Positions 11,901 to 22,600 of a stretch of 64,000 bases of DNA are shown piece after piece. Each line of letters starts with the position of its first letter. Within the stretch, counting starts at the first letter, position 1. The notes under the pieces were generated by a model. It ran no database searches. It was not told where the DNA came from and saw nothing but the letters and a program-made list of their open reading frames with translations. Made by a program: the position numbers and the translations under genes. This DNA is from Octopus bimaculoides (taxonomy: Eukaryota), in contig NC_069002.1 in assembly GCF_001194135.2 (NCBI RefSeq), positions 37,055,471 to 37,119,470 on the forward strand. The letters are read 5' to 3'.

Positions 11901-13716
11901 CTCTCTTGACAGAGCTTGGCATCCAAGTGCCGGCATCACTCACTGGCACAAGTGCCTCATAGGTGTCACTCACTGGCACAAGCACCTCATAGGCGTCACT
12001 CACTGGCACAGGCGCCTCATAGGGAAGTTGTGGAAGAGGGAGACAAGGAAGACATGGAATGAAGTATTGAAGTCCAATCTCAAGACACTGAATTTTATGA
12101 AGAAGATGACAGAGAGGACTGAGATATGTGGTGCATTGCTATATTCGAGAAGACCTGTCCACTGCAACAGAATTGAGATCCGAAAACCAAGGTGCCACAT
12201 AAAAAGCATTGGTGTGGGTGCTGGTGTCACATAGAAAGTACTCAATACACTTTGTAGAGTGGTCGGCATTAGGAAGGGTATTATTGCCCAGCCTATTCTC
12301 TTATTCTAGCAGCTACGCTCTCAGAGCATCCGTCCCTGCTACTGACTTGGTCACCTAGGTAACGGAAGCTAACAACTACTTCAAGTTTTTTCCCTTAGCA
12401 TGTGATGGAATCAGTTTTCTGTACATCTTCAGTGTTTATTGCCCCAGTGCATCTGCCACACACAAAAACTATCTTCCTAATTAACCATCCTTTGATATTG
12501 CTACACCTCTTATGTGTCCATAGCGTACACCAGGTACATCTTATGGAGTTTCTAACTATGCCTTTTCTACAGGTGGAGCAGGGCCATCTACCTGAAGGGG
12601 TTTTTGATTTGTCCGCTTCTCACATTTTGATAATTAGCTATTATTAGGAATTGTGTAAAAAAAAAATTTGAAATATTTTATGCACTGTAGAAGTATAACC
12701 TGTACTGCACATAAATTTTAGCAACAAAATCTTCTGTGGAACCCCAGGGGCCATATGGACCCTGGTTTGAGATGCACTGATTAAGATATTTTGATAACTA
12801 AAGCAGTAAAATTTACCTGCTGTAGGTTGTGACAGGGAATCCTGAAATGAGAAATTGTAAAACATATTTAATGTAAGAAGGAAAACAAACATGAAAAGAA
12901 TAAAGGAAAATTGAAGATGGTGTCTGTAATTTTATGTCGGTGTGGTTGTGTGGTAAGAAGCTTGCTTCCTAACCACATGGTTCTGAGTGGATTTGGTTGA
13001 CAAACTGAAAGTAGCCCACCATGTATATATACGTGTATGTGTCTGTCTGTCTGTCTCTGTCCTGCACCACCATTCTACAACCAGTGTTGGTGTGTTTATG
13101 TACCTGTAACTTAGCAGTTTGGCAAAAGAAGCCAATACAAAACTAAGAATCCAGTGCAAGTTATTTTTAAATAACAAAAAAAAAAAAAAAAGAAAATTCT
13201 ATGCAGACATTGTTAAGAAGTTTGCTTCCCAACCACGTTGTTTTAGGATCAGTCCTACTTTGGAGAGGTGTCTTCTAATATAGCCCCAGGCTGACCAAAG
13301 CCTTGTGAGTAGATTTAGTAGGCAGAAACTGAAAGAAAAGTGTGTGCGTTAAACTTAAAGGTACAAAAAGGGAAATTTGCATAGAAGAATTTGGTTCAAG
13401 ATACAAAATAATCTTGAAATGATTGAAGTTGCATATCGTCACACACAACAAAAGCTTCAGTTTACTTACACAGATCATTGTTGAATGATTGGTTGTAGTA
13501 GCGGACATCAAAGCATCATCATCGCTTAGATCATAAATATCTGCAATACGCAAAGATGTTATGCAAGAGTAGTTTTTTCATGGAGGACAAGAGACAGAGT
13601 TTAAATCTTGAAGCTGAACAGATAAGCAATGCATATTCAAAATGTCCTCCTTTTAAGAGATACTTACATGTAGATTCCATTCTGTTAGCTGTATATCTTG
13701 AACCAAAGTTTGGCAT
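4423..13716 (-). CDS. RNF4: RNF4-like SUMO-targeted E3 ubiquitin ligase (C3HC4 RING), about 176 aa, many microexons
   Basis: Coding exons in transcript order: 13716-13668, 13540-13470, [12841-12817 OR 11197-11173], 10487-10420, 9155-9134, 8256-8222, 6522-6473, 5705-5645, 4572-4423. All are GT-AG and phase-compatible, totalling 531 nt. The C-terminal RING is ICPLCLETFEN/IRSKNIKFRATLCGHIFCEMCLAKCPTLNYKCPVCRKPVKPKQLIHLFL*. SIM-like motifs are YIYDLSDDD and PILIPDEPIIE. RING exons are high confidence; N-terminal exons are moderate. Confidence 0.75.
5280..5600 (+). mobile_element. Degraded RTE-clade LINE 3' fragment
   Basis: Translates to WSYGHVIRMLQERIKRQILQAEPNGRKT, with stops downstream. Resembles the RTE RT C-terminus (W.GHV.RM...R...GRP). 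Confidence 0.55.
7069..7740 (-). mobile_element. Mariner (DD34D-type) transposon remnant, 3' half with terminal-inverted-repeat-like end
   Basis: ORF 7196-7633: KVMASVFWDAKG...IDYLQKGYTINGGYYAN...ILFHQDNAPAY, typical of mariner transposase. The upstream frame gives HDECWRHHFEP (first catalytic D motif). Terminal-like sequence TATGAGGGTCAGCTGAAAAGTT at 7069. Frameshifted and non-functional. Confidence 0.9.
10801..11032 (-). mobile_element. tRNA-derived SINE, well-preserved copy nested in an older repeat
   Basis: Minus-strand head GGCGGAGAGCTGGCAGAATCGTTAGCACGCCGGGCGAAATGCTCAGCGG...GAGTTCAAATTCC (Pol III B-box-like). TSD-like TTCTTA at 10796-10801 and 11033-11038. Decayed copies lie at about 32650-32850, 37140-37340, 50880-51050 and 60120-60340. 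Confidence 0.85.
11930..12300 (+). mobile_element. RTE-type LINE 3' end preceded by three copies of a 30-bp tandem repeat
   Basis: tcactcactggcacaagtgcctcataggtg x3 (11936-12023), then RETRKTWNEVLKSNLKTL (GRPRKTW.EVV..DL-like RTE C-terminus). Related tails at about 44060, 54180-54300 and 57300. Confidence 0.65.
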
Positions 13717-14352
13717 TGTATGAAGAACTGCCTAAGTTGATGAGTCAATGGCTCTCTGAATAAGAAGAAAATAACCTTTTGACATACAGATTACTTGGTC
13801 AAATTTAATGCTTATTTATTGTTTTAAATTAACCCTGCATTATGCCCCAGCTTTGAGAATTTGGTGATGTAACTTAATTTCTACAATGTCATTGTGGAGT
13901 TTGAACAAAAAATATTTAGAATATTTTGGCTAGATATGGTCAGTTTAAATGCTAAAGAGGTAAATAATTCCTGGCATAATGTCACAAACTTCTAAGTGAT
14001 AAACATAGAATTGATAACTCTTTTCATACAAACTCATCCAAAGCTGCCATTGTTTCTACAATAAAATCTTCTTAGTTTAAAGTGACCTGAATTTAAAAAT
14101 CTTTTATCAAAATTTCATGTTAATTTGTTGCAAACACCAGCTTAAATTCTTTTTCTTAAAAATTAATTGGAACAAACATAGGAATGTGAGAAGAAAAGGG
14201 TTATTCAACCCAACACCTGACTTTGAACTTATTTTAGACAAAACTTGCAAAGAACATTTATTTCTTGCAATGCTATCGCTTATCAGTTTTACATCCCTTT
14301 TCCCATGCTTGTATGAGATAGACAGGTCCTCTCCAACACAGCATCCCACCAT

Positions 14353-14400
14353 AACCCTAAAACCCTAAACTTAACCCTAAAACCCTAACCCTGACCCTAG
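14353..14400. repeat. Interstitial degenerate (CCCTAA)n telomere-like repeat
   Basis: taaccctaaaaccctaaacttaaccctaaaaccctaaccctgaccctag. Confidence 0.6.
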
Positions 14401-15653
14401 TGAAAATCGTGCGGGTGTTAATCTGAAAAATTACCGTATTGAGTGGTGTTTCTCAAGTTTGTAATACCCGAAACCCACAAATATTCGAAATGAGGGTGAT
14501 TACATGTGTAAACGGACAGAAATACTACAAAACAAAATTTACCATTATGCTGTGTCTGGGGGGAGAGCTATACTGTCTTAATGCCTTATTATCGAACATA
14601 CACACACTGGTTCGATTTCCACTCGTTTATTATTTATATTTTGTCTTCCAAAATTTTCGTTGCCTTTTGCAAGAGTCAACATCCATTCTTCTTGGTCATA
14701 TATAGAGCAATATATTCCTAGAATTTATTATTTTATCTAATTCGAGGAGAGAACAAAGTAAAATCTTCGCAAAAAGAAACCCCCAAACGAACAACAACGC
14801 CGAAAAAGGTCCATGCCTGACCACTGCAGGACTTCTTTACAAGAATAATAAGAATTTTAGAAGAAGTAAAAATAATAGATATTGCTAAACAAGGTAAAGG
14901 TGGACCGGTAAACACGAAGATTCCTATATTTCTGAGAATGAAGGGAGTTTAAAACGAATGTCCCAAAGAACACAACAAAATAAACGTGTGTATTTTAATC
15001 CCAGCTTCAGACTAAAAGCAATTTGTAAATAAATACAAGGATGGTGGACCCACGGAATTCATTATGATCCCTTCCACAAAGACCTGGCAAAGTGAGATAG
15101 AAGGTCTTCTTAAAATGCCAATATATAAGTGATAAAGCAACCACGATGTGAATGGAATTATAAACACAAAACTTTTAAGTATTCCAGACATAACATGATC
15201 AAACATATTTCACTCGGTGCCAAGAGCTGTTATAAATTTCTCCCTTAAATAAACTAATAAAAAAAGAAATTACTAAACAATTAATTTCCTCTGTCCCTAC
15301 CTGCTTTGCTCCAGAAAAGTTTCTGACAGAACAAATTATTCTAAGACAATAAAATTAGAAACATATAATTCAAATAGTTAAAACAAATAATTCAATCCAA
15401 AGAAATACCAAGACATTTCCAGAACATTACAACTTTTTGTATAATCCATTTGAAAAGAATTCGGCAAACATTCTGCCGAATGAAATATATTTCTAAGTAA
15501 ATATGATTTATAATAATGAAATATAATACTTACACGACTTTCAAAAGTGTTATTTTTGCTGCAAATGTCCGTTAGAAGTGAAAACAGCTCTAATAATGAA
15601 CGTTCCCAGAGCGAAAGCCGGTCATGAAGTTCAAGTCCCGCATGAAGTCAGTT

Positions 15654-15664
15654 CCTTTTATATA
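15654..15664 (-). promoter_or_regulatory. Candidate TATA box for the RNF4-like gene, followed by a putative non-coding exon ending at donor 15534
   Basis: The minus strand reads TATATAAAAGG at 15664-15654 in a locally CpG-richer stretch. A GTAAGT donor follows at 15533-15528. Confidence 0.4.
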
Positions 15665-17818
15665 CCTGGCAAAAATTGTCTGTGTGTGTGTGTCTGTGTC
15701 TGTGTGTGTGGGGGGGTGATACAAACAAGAAAAATAGACTCAAAATATGAGTATATTATGATAGTGTGCGCGTGTGAAGTAGAGTGTGTGTTTGAATATG
15801 TAAGTGTCTGTATGTTTTTGTATGTATGTGTATGTGTACGTTTCATGTGTGTATACATATGTATGTGTATATGATCAGCAGATGAGATCCAGAGGTTCTC
15901 AGTAGAGAAGACATTTTGTAGTGTACAAATGCTTCTTAGATTCTTATCCAGCCAAAATATTCAACTTGTTTTATGTTCAAACCAGCCCGTTCCAGCCTAT
16001 CACACCTACCCAACAATGTCATTCTAAAAATAACAATCACATCATGAACATTTTGAAGCTACAAGATAATACATGATTAATTCAAAACTAAGTGAATGAA
16101 TAAACATTACATTTGATAGAATCTGAATGCTAAAGGGTTAGAGAACAACAAGTGACGAGAATATTGTGGTGGTGCTTAGGGGTGGAGGAATTTTCACTGG
16201 CATCAATCAATATGACCACCATTGTGGCACAGCTGATGTCTTTTGTTCAAGTGGCAAAAGACTTCCCCAAGTGAAGATTTAAACTCAGTAATTAAGGAAT
16301 ACTAATAATTAAAATATCAGTCAATTGTATTGTTTCCTAATCCCTAGCTATTTACGGAAGGGAGCTGTAACTACCCATAATACCTATTAACAGAAAGATG
16401 TACTGAGGGAGCAAGAGTTAAGCCTTTTGTTAGCATATTTCTGTTAAAACACACTGCTTACCATCCCATTTTGCATTCTCTTCTCCTGTATCTTGAGGAT
16501 ATGCCCTGGCACTTCACCATCATCTTTCTCTCACCCTTCTCTCTCTTGCACTTTCACATTTCAGAGGAAAATTTGTGATTTAAAGGAGATCTGGCTGTTG
16601 TTTCTAGCACATCCCAAAACCTCCCTCCTCATTTCTTTCTCACTCACACATCTATTGATATTTTTCAATATTTTTCTCCCCATAAACAAATTTCATGGAA
16701 TGATGATGTCATGCGTAGTCCCCCAACTGAGTGAAGCCATGTTATGTGTGTAAGAAAAGAAAAAAAAACCTATTAAGGTTCAAGAGGGGTGTCCACAATA
16801 TTTGCTTGTAAATTTTTTACATACAGACTTGAAATTTTGTCAGTGGATGCTTTATATACCACTGGCTTATAGTTATGTAATTTTAGCTGATCTTGCTGAG
16901 TAAATTTGATTTTTATGGGCAGGTAAATTTAATTAACAGGTGTAAAAGCAATAACATTATGGATAAATACTAAAACTGAAATTCTTAAAGCATCTTACCT
17001 GTTTGATTTGTTACGAAAATTATCCCAGATGGCAACCGACAAAAATCTTGCCACTTTTCAAGATGAAGCACATTAATTTGAATTAATTAAAATACAGGTT
17101 TAATCGGTACAAGATTTTATTTTTTCAGTAAATATTTCATACCTCGGTGTAGAATATTTTTTTTCCACAGTTTTTTTTTTCAGGTTCATTCAATGCATCT
17201 GACCTCTAAACCCGCCGCAAGCCACTTTTTCTGGGGAAGAAAGGTGAGAGGGGTGATGGGGACTTCAAAGTTTCCCACCAAGGGAGTTTTGTTTTGCGGA
17301 TCTTTTTTTTCTTTTCCAGGTTATTTTGCATGCTTTCAACAAATGTGACATCGAAATCACGCGTAAATGGTTTCTTTTTCCAGAAAAGGAAAGATTTGGC
17401 AGCTATTTCTAGCATGCCCTGCTACCATGTAACAGCTGTTTGCATTCACACTGAAATATTTACCAACTTTTTTCCTTCCATTTATTTTTTTCCCTTTATG
17501 GAAGTCAGAATTTTCTCTGTTGACTTCCTCAGTTAATTTTGCTTTTCTCCCAGTTCTGTGCTTTCTGGAAGAAAAGCCCTCACATTATCTCAAAGCTACA
17601 AGAATTCACTAACATGATTTGTTTATTCTTTTAAAAGATTTCACAGAGGAATTAGATACAATGGCTTTTGGCCAGTTTAAACACTAAAGTGCAAGAACTA
17701 TAAAATCAGCTTTTTTGGCCTTTTAAATGTTCACCGGTTTATATGAAATTGTTAGGTTAACAGACTTGAGTTAATGGAAGCTAAATGTAACTGAATTTCA
17801 ACTATATATACATATATA

Positions 17819-18182
17819 NNNNNNNNNNNNNNNNNNNNNNNNNNNNNNNNNNNNNNNNNNNNNNNNNNNNNNNNNNNNNNNNNNNNNNNNNNNNNNNNNN
17901 NNNNNNNNNNNNNNNNNNNNNNNNNNNNNNNNNNNNNNNNNNNNNNNNNNNNNNNNNNNNNNNNNNNNNNNNNNNNNNNNNNNNNNNNNNNNNNNNNNNN
18001 NNNNNNNNNNNNNNNNNNNNNNNNNNNNNNNNNNNNNNNNNNNNNNNNNNNNNNNNNNNNNNNNNNNNNNNNNNNNNNNNNNNNNNNNNNNNNNNNNNNN
18101 NNNNNNNNNNNNNNNNNNNNNNNNNNNNNNNNNNNNNNNNNNNNNNNNNNNNNNNNNNNNNNNNNNNNNNNNNNNNNNNNNN
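17819..18182. other. Assembly gap. Others at about 31054-31115, 42234-42243, 46688-46823, 51230-51239 and 55269-55278, mostly inside (TA)n tracts.
   Basis: Runs of N. Confidence 0.99.
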
Positions 18183-18919
18183 CGTGTGAGTGTTTACAGA
18201 AAGTGCGGGAATTTCGGAGATCCTTGAGTAGAAGCAAGTAAAAATGGAAATCTTTAGAGAGAGAGAGAGAGACCCCCCCCCCATATGCACACACGCACAC
18301 AGACATGGCAAATGTGTGCAAGGGAGAGAACTGTTTTAGGGCGCGGCAATGTTTGTTTGAAGTCAGGTGACTCTTATTTACATCCACCATGTTGGTTGGA
18401 TGAGAGGGAAGACGATTGGAAGACGGTGTGTGTTTGTTTTGCTCTGGTCGTCGCCTTTCATCTGCTGTTTGCAAACGGAGCCGAAGTGACATCGCAGGTC
18501 ACTTACGAAAGGGTTACATTAAAGAAATAATCTCCACGAAAAGCTGCAAAGAAAAGAGCTGACAGCTGTTGAAATCGCAATTAAAACTTATAAAAAAAAA
18601 AAAGAAAGAAAAGCCTAAGAAAATGGCTTCCCAACGTTTTGAGATATGACGTGTCATAAAAGAGATTTAGATAGAGATATATATAGGTAAATATATATAT
18701 GTTGTAAGAGTGGGGCCAAACAGACAAGTGTTTTGTCGTCGATTAGATCTCCTGTCTATGACAAGTTGCCTTTGTGTCGTGTTTTTTAAACTGGTCATTT
18801 GTGATGCGATAATGTATGATTGCAATCGGCCTCGCTGAGAGCAACAACCTCCCCCAGAGCTTAACTTACGACCATAAACAAGGAGAATCAGAGAGAGAAA
18901 CAGAGACAACCGATCAAAG

Positions 18920-19545
18920 ATGTGGGTACGGATAGTGTTGCTCATAATTTACATTGCCGTTCTGTTCGTCATAGCTCGTCTTTTGGAGACGTTTGCTTGG
19001 TATGATGCCGGTCTGCTTGCTCACCGTTTGCTCGACCCAATGACACTGTCCGTGAAGAAGCTGAAAGCACTTCTGGAGCAAAGAGGTGTCGGATACGAAG
19101 GCATCGTGGAGAAGAAAGAACTCACAGGTTTGGTAGAAGCCACAGGTAGGTTCGCATTCCTGCTTTGTAAACTCTTCTCTTCTCCTTTCCAATATAAACG
19201 CATTAATACGTGTGTCTGTGTGTATATATATATATATATTATATACACACAAGCACGCATAGATGCCTATGTTTGGGTTTTAATTGCTAGACATATCAAT
19301 TAAACTAGTAAACTAATTATGCTCTAGTGAACAAGAAACTTTAATCTATAGTTTTCACGTAGAGATTAATAACAGAGCTTTACTATGATTTTGTTTTTAG
19401 AGAAATATTTGTCACACATCGTAAATAACATGGTATTTGTAAAATTGAATTGTTTGTATTCGTTTGATGACAAGTTTTAGAATAAAACAAATATACCATG
19501 CCTTCCTATTTATGTATATGTGTGTACACCACATAAGTTAGTGAT

Positions 19546-19612
<67 letters not shown>

Positions 19613-22600
19613 TACATATATATATATCACTAACTTATGTGGTGTACACAGATATATATATATATATATGTATGTATGTATTCAGTTTATTTACTGAAAC
19701 AAAAGTTTACAAGAACAAGTTAAAACTTGTAATTTTTGCAGCAGTTAATTAGCTAATTAACTAATTAGAAGTGGTAACCATTGTGTATACAACTGTTTCT
19801 TGGTTTAATTTTGTGTTGTTTTGATGTAAATTCTTTTGATAAAATTTTAATTTCTAAAACGTATTTCGCAAAGTGATTGTATGAACGAGATATGAAATAC
19901 TCTAAGAGTTAAAAAGGAGAAACAAAAGTAATTCTGGAAAACTTCTTTGCCGTCAGCTGAAAGAATTCCCAATGATCTGCCAGAAATAGCAACCAAATCT
20001 CTCTCAAACCACATCCTACAACATTGAAAAGTGGGAATATTTAAGCTAAAATAATCCTAGATACCCCTTAATAATGACGGGGTGCTCTAAAGATGAAATG
20101 ATTACAGGTGCACTTGGCAGGGAAATCTTTGAAAAGAAACAACTTTTTACGTTCGAAAAAAGACTTTGTTGTAATTAATGGTATAAGTGTGATCCATTTC
20201 TCCCCCCCTCCTTGTTTTCTCACAACTCCTGGAAAAATAGATTTGTTCAAATGAATTTTTTTTTTACAAATATGCTTCAGATTGTGGTTATATCGGAATT
20301 TGTTGTGAAAATATTTTTCCGTGTGTGAGGAGGGGAATTTCTGAAAAATTCACAAATCTTGGTTTTGCTTCCTCAATAATTTTCAGCAAAATAGGTGATT
20401 TTTTTAAAATGAAATTTAATACAAATATCTTTGAGATAATGTTCGGGGGTCGCACATTTATGTAGCCATACCAATTAGCATGTCCCCTCGACTTTGTTTC
20501 CTCATAATTTCAGAAAAATGGATATTTTTTAAATAAAATTTTATACAAATACACTTCAGATGGTGCAAATTACAATTATTTCAGAATTTAATATGAAAAA
20601 ACATTTCGTGGGTGGATTGGGGAGTTTAGAAAAATTCACACGGGACGGCTTTGTTTCCTCATAACTTTAAGAAAAATGAGTATTTGTTTATGCAATTTTC
20701 TACAAATACCTTACGATTATATCGGAATAAAGAAAAAAATTGATGGACTCGTACACATACATACTGACACATGACAATTTTCCTTCGAAATAAGTTTCAT
20801 TTTGTAGATATGTGTCTACCTATGTGTGTGAGCTCACCTTTTTTTTCTGCTGTTTTTTGGGGGGGTTTTCCCCCTCCCCATCGTAAAATTTGAAATAATC
20901 GTAAAATTTGATATAATCGTAATCTACACATTCTGAAAGTATTTGAATAATACCCATTCTTCTGAAGTTATGAGGAAACAAAGCCAACTCATGTGAATTT
21001 TCCGAAACTCCTCGCCCTACCCTCGGAAAAAATTTTTTTACCACAGATTTCGATATAATCGAAATCTACGACATTTTAAGCGTACTTGTAGAAAATTTCA
21101 TTAAAAAATATCCATTTTCCTGAAAATCATGAGGAAACAGAGTGGCGAGGGTAGAAGACTTGTGTGGGTATGCCACGTTTTGTTTGTTTTTCGCTGTCTT
21201 TTCTTTACAATGGTAAGGCATGAATATAAGAAGATTTACAGTAAATTTTTCAAGTAAAGGGACCACGTTGGCTCAGACCTTATTTGTAACCAAGGTGGCT
21301 GCATAATCAAGGTAGATTACTCTGCATTAGTCAGTCCTGCCATTCTTTGCTTAGGAATGGTTTTGGCAAAAGAGGCAGGGTCTAAGTTCCAATACTGTCG
21401 GAATCAACTTTGTTTTCATCCCTCAATGAAATAAAGTAACTGTCAAGCACTAGAACCCACTTCACCAAAGTTTAGGCCATCTGCCTCTTCAAAGCAGCTT
21501 TTACTAAAAGTCATTTTGTTATAAAAGAAATGGTGTCTAAAATTTATATGTAAAACTAGCAAACGCACCCGTCCTTTGGACAGAGAATAGTTAAAGTTGG
21601 AAAAAAAATGAAACAACTTTTTCTTTAAAATTGTAGGGTATATGATATGACACAGATTTAGCTACTGTTTTTAGCATGTAGAATAACTGCTTGTAGTTCT
21701 ACTAGTTCTTATTGGATAGTAGAACATGCATAAATAATGAGGATCACCTCTTCTTTTAGTAACTTGACACTGTTAGCCTAGTTTGTGTCCAGTCAGTTTC
21801 TGTGTCAAGCGTCTACCAATATTTGTTTCTGGGTGATAGACTGTGGCAACAGGACTAATTTGATTTAGGCTTTTGTAGCAAGTCACAAAATGATTAGCCA
21901 ACACCACCCTGCCACCCTTAGTAAAGAAAAAAACAAATAACACCTTATTAAAAGAGATTTATGTATTTGCTATCTCATTGTAATCATCACCATTTTTATG
22001 ACTGCTTTCCATGCTGGCATGTGTTGGCCAGAACAAAAATAGCCAATCTCAGTCGGTCCTTATTCAAAGCTATTGTTCTCGTAGATGGTTCAGAGAGTCA
22101 CATCTTGCTTGTATGTTCCATTTTGAACATGGTGTCAACTGTTGGATATTGTTCTTAACATCAACCAGTTTGCAGATGGTACTAGAAAGGTTGTTTACCT
22201 TATGTCATCATAGGTGCAAAACAAAATGGTAAAAATAGCATTCACCAAAAAGTAGAGCAAAATATTATTTTACTGAAACCAAAACAAAAAGTTGTGATAA
22301 AAAAAAGAATTGTTTTATCACAACTCTCTGATGAATGGTCACGTGAAACTGAGCAGCAGTTGGCAAAAGTTTTTTTAGTTTTAATCGAATAGTCTATCAT
22401 CATCATCATCATCATCATCATTTAACATCCGTTGTCCATGCTGTCATGGGTTGGCATACTGGAAGGCTGCACCAGACTCCAGTCTGATTTGGCATGGTTT
22501 TCTACGGCTAGATGCCCTTCTTAACATGGCCAACCACTCTGAGAGTGTAATGGGTACTTTTACATTCCACTAGCACAGGTGCCATTTGTGTGACACCAGG

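Noticed and set aside
11936-12023. 30-bp direct repeats resembling a CRISPR array
   Set aside because: The copies are contiguous with no spacers, there are no cas genes, and the context is a eukaryotic LINE.
13531-13716. 61-aa ORF MPNFGSRY...CRYL
   Set aside because: Read-through of the first coding exon into the intron past a GTAAGT donor at 13667.
17752-18492. Long ORFs spanning N runs (also around 46600-46990)
   Set aside because: Artefacts of assembly gaps.
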